Part shown: positions 40,272-50,533 of the stretch, piece by piece
Numbering within the stretch: the stretch's first letter is position 1
Layout of the letters: every line of letters begins with the position of its first letter
Assembly: GCA_040386535.1 (NCBI GenBank)
Contig: JAZKFH010000018.1
Location: 32,001 to 96,000, forward strand
DNA: 64,000 bases
Direction: 5' to 3'
Source: Myxococcota bacterium
GTDB taxonomy: Bacteria > Myxococcota_A > UBA796 > SXON01
Made by a program: the position numbers and the translations under genes
Notes under the pieces: generated by a model
The model's input: only the letters and a program-made list of their open reading frames with translations
Databases searched by the model: none
Told to the model about the DNA's origin: nothing

Positions 40272-40988
40272 CTAAGCCTCGCCCTTGCGGACGAGAGCGT
40301 TGGGATCGAGCCGAATGCCCGGACCCATGGTGGAAGAGAGCGCGGCACCACGCAGGTAGGCGCCCTTGGCCGTGGACGGCTTCAGGCGGAGGAGCGTCGC
40401 GACGAGCGCCTCGGCGTTCTCACTGATCTGCTGCGCCGTCATCGAGCACCGGCCGATGGAAGCGTGCACGACGCCCGCCTTCTCGACGCGGAAGTCGATC
40501 TTGCCGCCCTTGAGCTCGCGCACGGTCTCTGCGACCTGATCCGGACCGACGACCGTACCGATCTTCGGGTTCGGCATCAGGCCACGGGGCCCGAGGACGC
40601 GACCGAGCTTACCGACCTTACCCATGAGGTCACGAGTCGCGACGGCCTTGTCGAAGCCGGTCCAGTTTTCGGTCTGGATCTTCTCGATCAGGTCGTCCGC
40701 GCCCACGAAGTCCGCGCCGGCGGCCAACGCGGCCTTGGCCGCGTCACCCTGGGCGAACACGAGGACCCGCACCGTCTTGCCGGTACCGTGCGGGAGCGCG
40801 ACCGCGCCACGCACCATCTGGTCCGCATGCTTGGGATCGACGCCCAACCGCACGGCCATGTCCACGCTCTCGTCGAACTTGGCGGTAGAGGTCTGCTTGA
40901 GCAGCTCCACTGCCTGGACGAGCGTGTATCGGGTGTCCGGGTCGACCGCCTTTCGCGCAGCCTCCCAACGTTTTCCACGCTTTGCCAC
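40272..40988 (-). CDS. rplA: 50S ribosomal protein L1
   Basis: [33 protein letters not shown] after AGGAG. Confidence 0.97.
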   Translation of the reverse strand: MAKRGKRWEAARKAVDPDTRYTLVQAVELLKQTSTAKFDESVDMAVRLGVDPKHADQMVRGAVALPHGTGKTVRVLVFAQGDAAKAALAAGADFVGADDLIEKIQTENWTGFDKAVATRDLMGKVGKLGRVLGPRGLMPNPKIGTVVGPDQVAETVRELKGGKIDFRVEKAGVVHASIGRCSMTAQQISENAEALVATLLRLKPSTAKGAYLRGAALSSTMGPGIRLDPNALVRKGEA

Positions 40989-41064
40989 TGATTCTCCTGT
41001 GGATACGCGCCGCTCCGGCACCTCTTGCGAGGGCGCCACCGGTGCGGTCGTCATCCTGCGTCGC

Positions 41065-41094
41065 CGGGTCAGCGGAGCGACGAGCTCCTCCCCG
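41065..41094 (-). promoter_or_regulatory. Putative L1-binding autoregulatory mRNA element
   Basis: CGGG-GA-GGAGC(UCGUC)GCUCC-GCUGA-CCCG: two helices around an asymmetric GA/GCUGA loop, as in L1 leaders. Confidence 0.65.
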
Positions 41095-41113
41095 TACGAC
41101 GCGAACGGGTTGA

Positions 41114-41545
41114 CTACTGGATGACGTCGACGCCCATCGAACGCGCGGTCCCCTCGACGGTGCGCATGGCAGCCTCGAGGTTGGCGGTGTTCATGTCAGC
41201 GATCTTCGTCTTGGCGATCTCAGCCACCTGCGCACGGGTGACCGAGCCCACCTTCTTCTTGTTCGGCTCGCCAGAGCCCTTCTCCGCACGGGCCGCCTTC
41301 ACGAGGAGGACGGACGTGGGGGGGGGCTTGACGACGAACGTGAAAGACTTGTCGGAGTAGACCGTGATGATCGTGGGGACGATCACGTTCTCGGACGCCA
41401 TGTGCGCCGTCTGGGCGTTGAACGCCTTGACGAACATGGGGATGTTCACGCCAGCCTGACCAAGCGCCGGACCGACCGGGGGCGAAGGGGTCGCCTTACC
41501 GCCGATGATCTGGAGCTTGATGGTGTTGATTACTTTCTTTGCCAT
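41114..41545 (-). CDS. rplK: 50S ribosomal protein L11
   Basis: [19 protein letters not shown]. Confidence 0.98.
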   Translation of the reverse strand: MAKKVINTIKLQIIGGKATPSPPVGPALGQAGVNIPMFVKAFNAQTAHMASENVIVPTIITVYSDKSFTFVVKPPPTSVLLVKAARAEKGSGEPNKKKVGSVTRAQVAEIAKTKIADMNTANLEAAMRTVEGTARSMGVDVIQ

Positions 41546-41572
41546 TGAGGACTCCGCGTTCCGGGGGGAAGG

Positions 41573-42106
41573 TCAGCCGACCTTCTCGACCTGGGAGAAA
41601 TCGAGCTCCACCGAAGTGGGGCGCCCGAAGATCGTGACTGTGACCCGCACGCGACCGCGTGCGGCGTTGACCTCTTCCACCTTGCCGACGACGGGAGCCA
41701 GCGGGCCGTCGACCACCCGGACCTCCTCGCCGCGCTCGAAGGAGAGCGCCAGCTTCGGACGCTGCTCTTCTCCACCAATCTGGTTGGTGATGCGCAGCAC
41801 CTCGGCCTCCGGCATGGGGGGCGGATTACGCCCCGCGCCGACGAAGCCGGTGACCTTTGGGGTCTCCTTGACGACGTGCCAGGTCTGGTTGTCCATCTCC
41901 ATCTCGACCAGGATGTAGCCGGGAAAGAACTTGCGAGTGGTGGTTCGCTTCTGGCCGTTCTTGACCTCGACGACCTCCTCGGTGGGGACGAGGACCCGGC
42001 CGAAACGCTCCTGGAGCCCAAAGAGCTTCAGCCGCTCCTCGAGCGCCAGCTTCGCCTTGTTCTCGAAGCCGGAGTAGGTGTGTACGACGTACCAGGCCAT
42101 GGCCAT
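41573..42106 (-). CDS. nusG: Transcription termination/antitermination factor NusG
   Basis: WYVVHTYSGFE, FPGYILV, TPKVTGFVG, IFGRPTSVEL. Confidence 0.97.
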   Translation of the reverse strand: MAMAWYVVHTYSGFENKAKLALEERLKLFGLQERFGRVLVPTEEVVEVKNGQKRTTTRKFFPGYILVEMEMDNQTWHVVKETPKVTGFVGAGRNPPPMPEAEVLRITNQIGGEEQRPKLALSFERGEEVRVVDGPLAPVVGKVEEVNAARGRVRVTVTIFGRPTSVELDFSQVEKVG

Positions 42107-42143
42107 GGGAAGGGAACCTCCTGGGAGTGACCGGCGGGGCCGG

Positions 42144-42527
42144 CTATCCAGTGGTGTAGAGGAAGAGACCCGTGAGCTTGGCCCACAGGAAGTCGTAGGT
42201 CGACAGGAGGGTCGCGAAGAAGATCGTGGCGCCGACGACGATGCCGGTGTTGCCGAGCGTCTCTTCACGCGTGGGCCAGGTGACCCGATAGAGCTCCGTC
42301 ACGACCGAGTCAGTGAAAGTACGGGCGCGCTCGTTGCGGAGAAGCACGAGCAGCGTGATGACCGCAGCGACGACCCCGAGGAGGGTGGAGACCGGGACGA
42401 TGCCGCCGAGGAGGGCGTCCTGGAGGGCCGCGTAGCCCATCACCGCCAACACCAGCGAGCGCACGAACACACCGGCGAGCACGCTGCCGGTGACGAAGAG
42501 CACTACTACTGCGCGCTGATTTTCCAC
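42144..42527 (-). CDS. secE: Preprotein translocase subunit SecE (3-TM type)
   Basis: ELYRVTWPTREE motif followed by a TM helix; upstream of nusG; GTG start inferred. Confidence 0.9.
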   Translation of the reverse strand: MENQRAVVVLFVTGSVLAGVFVRSLVLAVMGYAALQDALLGGIVPVSTLLGVVAAVITLLVLLRNERARTFTDSVVTELYRVTWPTREETLGNTGIVVGATIFFATLLSTYDFLWAKLTGLFLYTTG

Positions 42528-42570
42528 GTGGACCTGTACCTTTCCTGATGAACCGACGAAAAGCCGTCGG

Positions 42571-42599
42571 GATCTAATCCCTCGGCACGAAACGTGCAA
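42571..42599 (-). promoter_or_regulatory. Putative secE-nusG promoter
   Basis: TTGCAC-N17-TAGATC. Confidence 0.5.
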
Positions 42600-42602
42600 G
42601 GG

Positions 42603-42633
42603 AAAAGCAAAGTCGGGCCGCCTGTGCGGCCCG
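42603..42633 (-). terminator. Intrinsic terminator after the tRNA-linked tuf
   Basis: CGGGCCGC-acag-GCGGCCCG followed by ACTTTGCTTTT. Confidence 0.65.
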
Positions 42634-42656
42634 CTTCATCCCGAAGAGGCGACGCT

Positions 42657-43847
<1,191 letters not shown>

Positions 43848-43891
43848 GGCGGTTTCCTCGTTCCTGTTCTTACTGCTTTACGTTTTGAAAA

Positions 43892-43966
43892 TGGAGCCCT
43901 CGACGGGATTTGAACCCGTGACCTCCCCCTTACCAAGGGGGTGCTCTACCACTGAGCCACAAGGGC
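43892..43966 (-). tRNA. tRNA-Thr (GGT)
   Basis: GCCCTTG...CGAGGGCTCCA; anticodon loop TTGGTAA. Confidence 0.95.
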
Positions 43967-43988
43967 AAACTGTTCTGCGGGAGGCGGT

Positions 43989-44064
43989 TGGAGCGGGAGA
44001 CGGGACTCGAACCCGCGACCCTCAGCTTGGAAGGCTGATGCTCTACCAACTGAGCTACTCCCGC
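43989..44064 (-). tRNA. tRNA-Gly (TCC)
   Basis: GCGGGAG...CTCCCGCTCCA; anticodon loop CTTCCAA. Confidence 0.96.
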
Positions 44065-44110
44065 GTTGAAGCGGGGACCCGAGCTGAGTGGCTCGGCGCG
44101 GGTCCTGAAA

Positions 44111-44196
44111 TGGTGGGGAGAAGAGGATTTGAACCTCTGTAGGCGTAAGCCGGCGGGTTTACAGCCCGCTCCCATTGGCCACTCGGGCATCTCCCC
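44111..44196 (-). tRNA. tRNA-Tyr (GTA)
   Basis: GGGGAGA...TCTCCCCACCA; anticodon loop CTGTAAA; long variable arm. Confidence 0.96.
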
Positions 44197-44222
44197 AAGG
44201 AATCGTATTGGAAACTGTGATG

Positions 44223-44298
44223 TGGAGCTGGCGGTGGGACTCGAACCCACGACCTGATGCTTACAAAGCAACTGCTCTACCAACTGAGCCACGCCAGC
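44223..44298 (-). tRNA. tRNA-Thr (TGT)
   Basis: GCTGGCG...CGCCAGCTCCA; anticodon loop TTTGTAA. Confidence 0.95.
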
Positions 44299-44377
44299 GA
44301 CGTGACCGGGGGCCGAGGGTTTGGTGGTCCTGACTGGCGGCTGAACCGCTCGTCGGGGCACCTTCCCGGCACCCGCG

Positions 44378-44405
44378 CATTTATCGCAGACCGGGAAAGC
44401 GTCAA
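44378..44405 (-). promoter_or_regulatory. Putative promoter of the tRNA-tuf operon
   Basis: TTGACG-N16-TAAATG followed by a GC-rich discriminator. Confidence 0.6.
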
Positions 44406-44484
44406 GGTTCGGATCCCCATTCTCGTGATCTTTGGGTTCGCTTTCAGGGGGGCCGAGGGCCGGCTCTCGGGGGCGTCGGGGGAT

Positions 44485-45498
44485 CTACGCGGGCTTGTCG
44501 AAGGTGGATGCCGGGGCGCGGTCGAGCAGCTCGAGCGCATCGACCCGGAGGGTCTCCCGGCCGCCGTCCGCCCGTTCGACACGAATCTCGGCGGGGACCA
44601 GGACACCCCCGGCGACCTTGCGCCAGCCTGACAGCTCGAAGGTGATGGGCCCCGCCTCGGACACGTACCGGACGCGCAGCAGCTGCGCGGTGGACGGATC
44701 GATGTCGACCCAGGACAGGCCCGACTCGGACTCATCCCCGCCACCGCCGAAGCGGAGGCCCGACTCCGCACCCTCGAGCGGACGGAATGAGGCGACCTCG
44801 GCGCCGTCGAGCAGGCGCGCCGCCTCCAACGCGACGGTCAGCACCGCCTCGGGCGCGAATGCGTCGACCATGCCGATCGTGATGCCGATGTCGCGGGACT
44901 GGACCTGACCGCCCGCGCGGATCCACGCCCCCGAAGAGGTGGCCACGGAGAGGCTGTCCTGGCCGGCACCCGCGGTGTCCACCACGAGGCGGCGCGATGC
45001 ACCCTCTCTCCAGTAGTCGTGACGGACCGCTACCTGCTTGCCGGCGAGGGCGAGCGTGCGGCTGAAGGTGAAGTGCACCGCCCCGGCTCGGCCGACCGCG
45101 GTGGCCCCGCCGGTGGCGCCTCCGTGGGCGTCCCGCGCGCGCTCGATCCAGGCCGAGGCGCCGACGTTCGACGCGTCCGGCGGCGGCTCCGCGAGCACGA
45201 CGGCGATGGGCTTGTCGTTCCCGTCGACCCGCCACGCGGTCACCTTCGCGCCGAGGTCACGCTCCAGGCGAACGGCGGCGGCCGCGGCTTCCGCCTCGCC
45301 GGGGAACGTCTCCACCAGCACGACGAACTCCCACCCCTTGCCGAGCCGGAAGCGCCGGACGACCCGGGCGTCGAACCCGGCGGCCTCCGCCACCTGCTCG
45401 ACCCGTGTCGCTGCCGCCCGGTCGAGGACCGGTGCCGCCTCGAGGTAGTACTCGTCCGCCCGTGCAATCGCCGCGAACAGGCCAATCCAGCCGATCAT
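44485..45498 (-). CDS. Exported protein: SPOR-like N-domain plus LolA/lipoprotein-sorting-like beta domain
   Basis: Signal peptide (ARA|D); beta-alpha-beta-beta-alpha-beta pattern ending FPGEAEAAAAA; C-terminal LSGWRKVAGGVLVPAEI...STFDKP. Confidence 0.55.
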   Translation of the reverse strand: MIGWIGLFAAIARADEYYLEAAPVLDRAAATRVEQVAEAAGFDARVVRRFRLGKGWEFVVLVETFPGEAEAAAAAVRLERDLGAKVTAWRVDGNDKPIAVVLAEPPPDASNVGASAWIERARDAHGGATGGATAVGRAGAVHFTFSRTLALAGKQVAVRHDYWREGASRRLVVDTAGAGQDSLSVATSSGAWIRAGGQVQSRDIGITIGMVDAFAPEAVLTVALEAARLLDGAEVASFRPLEGAESGLRFGGGGDESESGLSWVDIDPSTAQLLRVRYVSEAGPITFELSGWRKVAGGVLVPAEIRVERADGGRETLRVDALELLDRAPASTFDKPA

Positions 45499-45531
45499 CC
45501 GCCGTGGGTATCACGCGGCTACGGCAAGCGG

Positions 45532-48243
45532 CTAGTCGATCTCCCGCAGGGCGATCTCGTAGACGCCCGTGCCGCCGCCGTTCGCGCCCACGATCACGAG
45601 GTACTCGCGGCCGCCGTCGAGGACGACCTCGACGAAGGCCTCCTCGCCGTCGGGACCGGAGTGCCCGCCCGTGTTGTTGGCGAAGTCGATCGTGGGGAGA
45701 TCGTCCTCGTCCAGGTCGTCCACGTCCAGCCACGAGGCGTCGTAGGTCCACACGGCCGGGGGCACGTTCCCGTTGAGCGTGCACTCCATGACGCGCGCTT
45801 GGGACAGCAACGACGTGGGCATCGGCTCGTCCTCGTCCAGGACGCCGTCGCGGTCCCAGTCGAGGTCACAGGTCGTCGCGGAGGCCGCCTGTTCGCCGCA
45901 GGCGTCGAAGTCGTCCTCGTTGCCGTCGTACATCGTGGACGAGAGCAACACCTGGGTGGCGAGGTACTCGAGCAGGGACGACGGGTAGTCGAAGCGCACG
46001 CCGCCCTCACAGGTCTCCCCGCGCAGCGTGCCTTCGACCGTGGGCTCCGGCACGAGATCGCGCGGCGCGACGGCGATCCAGGGGTCCCCAGGGCTCATGT
46101 CCCCCTCCGCGTCGGCGAAGTGGCGGTCCAGCCACACGGCGACACGGATCGACTCGGACGAAGGGCGGTCCGTCAGGTCGAGGAGCCAGCGATCGGTGTC
46201 CGGGACCTCGACGGTCTCGACATCCGCCTCCGACTCGCCCACCGAGCTGGCGGAGCTCGGGGCCGTGATCTCGCCGACGCCGTAGATGCGCGCGCCATCG
46301 TCGGGGAAGGCGGGCAGGATCACCGGGTTCGCGTCGGTCGGGGCGAAGATGTTCTCCACCGCGAAGTCCGCCGACTGGGGATCGTTCCAGCGCACGACGG
46401 CGCCGATGAGGCCGGGGTTGGCTCCCTGGAGCTGGACCAGCGCCTCGTCGTAGTTGATGTTGGTCAGGCGCACGACCTGGGCCGCGTAGTCGCTGTCCAT
46501 CCAGCCCACGAACTCGAAGCCGGGCGTGTAGATGAACGGGTCCGTGTTCTCGATCTTGACCAGGCGCTCGGTGATCTCGGTGGGCGTGTCGGTGGTGCCG
46601 CCCTGGTAGGCGCGGTTGAACCCGTGCAGCTCGATGCCCGACTGGTAGCCGTTCGCGCCGTAGAAGCCGCCGGGCGCGTCGGGCGGGGCCGAGATGGTCT
46701 CCGCCGCGCGGTAGGGCACCCACTCCGCGGGATCGACCAGGGCGGCGCCGTCGAGCGTGGTGACGCCCGAGGTCATCAACGCCACCTGCCAACCGACCAC
46801 GAGGGAGTCGAAGCTCCCGCCGCTCGCGGCGACCGCGCCCTCGACCGAGTCGATGCCGACGTCGTCGGTCTGCATGATGGCGGCCATCAGCGCGGGGCCC
46901 GACCCCGGGGAGGTCGCCTCGGCCTGCTGGAAAAGCCACGTGCCGAACAGGTACTGCGCGCCGCGGGAGAGGGTGGCGAGGCTGCCGGGATCGCCGCTGC
47001 TCGCGAGCGAGAAGCGATGGGGGGCGTCCACGTACTCCCACGCGTCGCGGTGGTAGGCGGCGCCGAACCCGCAGTACTCGGCGGCGAACGTGCCGAGGAT
47101 GTCGACCACCCAGTCTTCCTCGACCGCGCCGCCGGCCTGAAGGTAGTGCTGGTTGTAGCTGATCAACGACGTGAACGAGCGCGCCACCTCGGCGGCGAGC
47201 TGGTACCCGGTGTAGGCCTCGACCGTGGGCCCGTCGGGGCCGGTGTACTGGTTGAAGAAGCCGTTCGGATCGGGCGCGAAGACGTACAGGACCTCCTGCA
47301 TGTCGCTGCCGGGGTTCTCCACGTAGTCGAACTCGGCGAGGTCGACCTGGGGCTCGGCGTAGGAGGTGAGGATGCGGGAGAAGTCGTCCTCGTCCTCACT
47401 GGAGAGCGTGATCGCGTTGAGCACCGGGGTGATCACCACGCTCACGCGACCGTCCCCGTTCACGTCCGACTCGTCTCCGTAGAGCGAGCGCACGTTGGGG
47501 ATGATGTTCGTGTCGATGATCTCGGCGATGTCCGCGAGGTCGCAGTTGGTGAAGCCGAACGCCGGGCGCTCGTGGGCGATGTCGACCACGCCGTCACAGT
47601 CCTGGTCCCAGTCGATCGCTACGTCGTCGTCGACCCAGATCTCGACGTTGTCCCCGAACGCCCACAAGGTCGCGGAGACCGTGGCGTAGTGGGTGGTGTC
47701 CTCGAGCTCGTCGCGCACGAGGAACTCGTCCTTCGTGACGCCGATGTCGGACTCGTCGAGGGGCGCGGGCGGCGGCGGCGCGGCCACGGGCATGGTGGGG
47801 CCGGGGCGGACGGGCCGGGCGGCGCGGGGCGCCGGGCGCGTCACGGGGAGGCCCGGCAGCTCCGCGCCGGTGACCGCAGCGTCGTAATATCGCAGGCGGT
47901 AGCCGTTCTCGGCCGGGGCGGTGTTCACCACCACGAGGAAGAACTCCTGCGCCTGGTTGGACTCTCCCGAGGCGTCGGTGAGCACGACCTCGACGACGCC
48001 ATCGTTGTCGACGAAGTCCACGAGATCACCGGGATCGTCGAAGCTGTCGGAGGGGGTCTCGCCCGTCTCTCCTCCGGTCTCCGTGTCGGTATCGGTGTCC
48101 GAGTCGGTGTCCGCGTCGGTGTCGGTGTCGGCGTCCCCCTCTACGGAGCCGCCGGTGTCGTCCTTGCCGAATTCCGGCGGGTGCACGTTGTTGCACCCGG
48201 ACAACGCGAGCACGAGGATCGAGGGGATGACGAAACGAAGCAT
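45532..48243 (-). CDS. Large acidic lipoprotein with a degenerate zincin (M30-like) domain
   Basis: Lipobox LALSGC; DT repeats; ESDVNGDGRV, EVLYVFAPD; HExxH position reads RSFTS. Confidence 0.75.
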   Translation of the reverse strand: MLRFVIPSILVLALSGCNNVHPPEFGKDDTGGSVEGDADTDTDADTDSDTDTDTETGGETGETPSDSFDDPGDLVDFVDNDGVVEVVLTDASGESNQAQEFFLVVVNTAPAENGYRLRYYDAAVTGAELPGLPVTRPAPRAARPVRPGPTMPVAAPPPPAPLDESDIGVTKDEFLVRDELEDTTHYATVSATLWAFGDNVEIWVDDDVAIDWDQDCDGVVDIAHERPAFGFTNCDLADIAEIIDTNIIPNVRSLYGDESDVNGDGRVSVVITPVLNAITLSSEDEDDFSRILTSYAEPQVDLAEFDYVENPGSDMQEVLYVFAPDPNGFFNQYTGPDGPTVEAYTGYQLAAEVARSFTSLISYNQHYLQAGGAVEEDWVVDILGTFAAEYCGFGAAYHRDAWEYVDAPHRFSLASSGDPGSLATLSRGAQYLFGTWLFQQAEATSPGSGPALMAAIMQTDDVGIDSVEGAVAASGGSFDSLVVGWQVALMTSGVTTLDGAALVDPAEWVPYRAAETISAPPDAPGGFYGANGYQSGIELHGFNRAYQGGTTDTPTEITERLVKIENTDPFIYTPGFEFVGWMDSDYAAQVVRLTNINYDEALVQLQGANPGLIGAVVRWNDPQSADFAVENIFAPTDANPVILPAFPDDGARIYGVGEITAPSSASSVGESEADVETVEVPDTDRWLLDLTDRPSSESIRVAVWLDRHFADAEGDMSPGDPWIAVAPRDLVPEPTVEGTLRGETCEGGVRFDYPSSLLEYLATQVLLSSTMYDGNEDDFDACGEQAASATTCDLDWDRDGVLDEDEPMPTSLLSQARVMECTLNGNVPPAVWTYDASWLDVDDLDEDDLPTIDFANNTGGHSGPDGEEAFVEVVLDGGREYLVIVGANGGGTGVYEIALREID
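48083..48135 (-). repeat. Asp-Thr/Ala/Ser dipeptide low-complexity linker
   Basis: Encodes DADTDTDADTDSDTDTDT. Confidence 0.85.
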
Positions 48244-48368
48244 CCGGCTCCTCCCTGGGCAGACGCGGTTTGACGGTACCATGGCGCCTCCGCGCCCGTC
48301 CACGATCCTCGTCCTGCGCTGGACGCGGACGCGACGCGCGCCTAGCTTCACGGGGGGCCGCACAAGCC

Positions 48369-49523
48369 ATGAAAGATCTGTACTCGGTGCTGGGAGTCTC
48401 GAAGGAGGCCGACCCGTCCACCATCAAGAAGGCGTTCAAGTCGCTGGCCCGCACGTTCCATCCCGACGTGAACAAGGACAGTGGCGCGACCGAACGGTTC
48501 AAGGAGGTCACCGCCGCCTACGAGGTGCTCGGGGACGAGCAGAAGCGGGAGCTCTACGACGAGTTCGGCGAGGCCTCCCTGCGCGCCGGCTTCAACGCCG
48601 ACCAGGCGCGTGCCTACAAGAACATGGGCGGCGGGTTCGGCGGCGGCGGCGGCCCCGGTGGGCCGGGCGCCGGCTACCCCTTCCCCGGTGGCGCGGGCGG
48701 TGGCTTCGGGTTCGAAGATTTGTTCTCCGGGCTGTTCACGCGTGGCGCCGGAGGGGCGGGAGCCGCCCCCGGGCGGGCGGGCGCGCAAGGGCGCCGCGCC
48801 GGTCCGGACGTAGAGGCGCAAGTGGAGATCCCCTTCCTGGACGCCGTGCGCGGGGCCGAGCTGCCCCTCCAGATCCGACGCCCCGGTCCATGCCCGACCT
48901 GTAGTGGAGAAGGTGGAAAGGGCCGGCGGACGTGTTCGGCGTGTGGAGGCGCGGGACGCCGCCCGCTGCGGCAGTTCGGGCTCAACGCGCTGGTGCAGTG
49001 CGAGGAGTGTGGCGGCAGCGGCGCCGTCTACGCGGAGGAGTGCGACACGTGCGCGGGGACGGGGCGGGTCCGCGAGCCGGTGACGCTGAACGTGCGCATC
49101 CCGGCGGGCGTGGAGTCGGGGCAGACCCTGCGCCTGCGCGGGCAAGGCGGCGAGGGCAGCGCGGGCGCGCCACCGGGGGACATGCTCCTCACCATCAAGG
49201 TGATGGACCACCCGCTGCTGCGCCGGAAGGGCAAGGACCTGGAGATGGATCTGCCCGTGCTGCTGGCGGAGGCGATCCGCGGCGGCGCCGTGGAGGTCCC
49301 GACCCCCACGGGTCGCGTGCGCGTGAAGGTTCCGCCGGGATCCGGCAACGGGCGGCGGCTGCGCGTGACGGGGCGCGGCATCCAGGGGACCGCCCCGGGC
49401 GACCTGTACCTGGTGCTACGCCCGGTGTTGCCGACCACGACGGACGAGGAGACCGTGGCGCTCGCCGAGCAGCTCGACAGTCGGGGCGCCGAGGCGGACG
49501 TGCGAGCACACCTGGAGCTTTGA
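48369..49523 (+). CDS. dnaJ: DnaJ family chaperone (class A architecture)
   Basis: J domain with HPD, G/F-rich region, four CxxCxGxG repeats, C-terminal domain; no dnaK or grpE nearby, so possibly a paralog. Confidence 0.88.
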   Translation: MKDLYSVLGVSKEADPSTIKKAFKSLARTFHPDVNKDSGATERFKEVTAAYEVLGDEQKRELYDEFGEASLRAGFNADQARAYKNMGGGFGGGGGPGGPGAGYPFPGGAGGGFGFEDLFSGLFTRGAGGAGAAPGRAGAQGRRAGPDVEAQVEIPFLDAVRGAELPLQIRRPGPCPTCSGEGGKGRRTCSACGGAGRRPLRQFGLNALVQCEECGGSGAVYAEECDTCAGTGRVREPVTLNVRIPAGVESGQTLRLRGQGGEGSAGAPPGDMLLTIKVMDHPLLRRKGKDLEMDLPVLLAEAIRGGAVEVPTPTGRVRVKVPPGSGNGRRLRVTGRGIQGTAPGDLYLVLRPVLPTTTDEETVALAEQLDSRGAEADVRAHLEL

Positions 49524-49557
49524 GCCCGGCTCCCTCGGGCACGACGATCCCCACGGG

Positions 49558-49587
49558 TTGACACCCGCGCGCCGTTTCCTGTAAACG
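49558..49587 (+). promoter_or_regulatory. Putative promoter of the lipoprotein/barrel/HEAT operon
   Basis: TTGACA-N18-TAAACG. Confidence 0.45.
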
Positions 49588-49609
49588 ATGCGGGTTTCCC
49601 CGAGGCCCC

Positions 49610-50533
49610 ATGCGCGCTGCCCTGCCCCTTCTCGCCCTCCTGCTGTCCGCCTGCCCCCAAACGGACGGCACCGCCGACGACAAGGGCGACGACACCAGCA
49701 GCACCACCGGGCGCACGTTCGAGGACTTCGTCTACGTGACCACGCCCTGGGTGGGCAACACGGACGAGTGCATCGCCGGCAAGGTGCAGACGGTCGACCC
49801 CTCCTGCATCGTGGACCTCTCCGTCACCGGCACGATCGAGGACTTCGAGTCGGGCGACACGGTGCCCGACGCCACGGTCCAGATCTGGAACTCCGACAGC
49901 ATCGGCGGCAGCGCGGACGAGACCACCGTCTCCGACGGCGACGGCAACTTCACCCTGGAGTCCACGCAGTCCTGCACGCCGCTCGCCTACGGCACGTCGA
50001 CCCCCCCCGAGTGGGAAGAGACCAAGGACACCTTCGAGGTGCACCAGGTCTTCGGCTACTCGGCCGACGGCAGCTCCGACGAGATCTTCAACTCGGTGAG
50101 CGACTCGACCTCGAAGGTCATCCCCGCGCTCATCGGCGTCGAGTGGGACCAGACCACCGGCATCATCGCCGGCACCGCGTACGACTGCGACGTGAACCCG
50201 GTGCAGTTCGCGCAGGTCTTCATTCACGACGGGAACGGCAACATTCCCGAGACCGGGGACGTGTTCTACTTCAGCGAGAGTGGCGGCACGAGCCTCCCGA
50301 CCAGCATCGACGCGCAGCCCCACACGAACACGAACGGCCTCTGGGTCGTGGTGAACGTCCCCGCCGGCACCTGGACCGCGGAGATGTGGGGCTACGACGG
50401 CGCCGAGCACGTGCTGATGGGCGCGACCGTGCTGGAGATCTCCGCCGGCTCCGTCAACATCTCGAACATCTACACCGGCATCTCCGACGGGATCTGGTAC
50501 CCCGGCTCCTGCCTCGCCGCGTGCGGGGGATGA
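49610..50533 (+). CDS. Lipoprotein with carboxypeptidase-regulatory-like beta-sandwich domains
   Basis: Lipobox LLSAC; VTGTIEDFESGDTVPDATV...SDGDGNFTL; TNTNGLWVVVNVPAG. Confidence 0.7.
   Translation: MRAALPLLALLLSACPQTDGTADDKGDDTSSTTGRTFEDFVYVTTPWVGNTDECIAGKVQTVDPSCIVDLSVTGTIEDFESGDTVPDATVQIWNSDSIGGSADETTVSDGDGNFTLESTQSCTPLAYGTSTPPEWEETKDTFEVHQVFGYSADGSSDEIFNSVSDSTSKVIPALIGVEWDQTTGIIAGTAYDCDVNPVQFAQVFIHDGNGNIPETGDVFYFSESGGTSLPTSIDAQPHTNTNGLWVVVNVPAGTWTAEMWGYDGAEHVLMGATVLEISAGSVNISNIYTGISDGIWYPGSCLAACGG

Noticed and set aside
42545..42600. Hammerhead-ribozyme-like words CTGATGA...GAAAC on the + strand
   Set aside because: The stem after CTGATGA is not followed directly by GAAA, and no stem III/NUH cleavage triplet can be formed. 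The region is explained by the minus-strand secE promoter and leader.
48083..48135. CRISPR-like or REP array
   Set aside because: It is a coding Asp-Thr low-complexity linker, with no repeat-spacer structure and no cas genes in the window.
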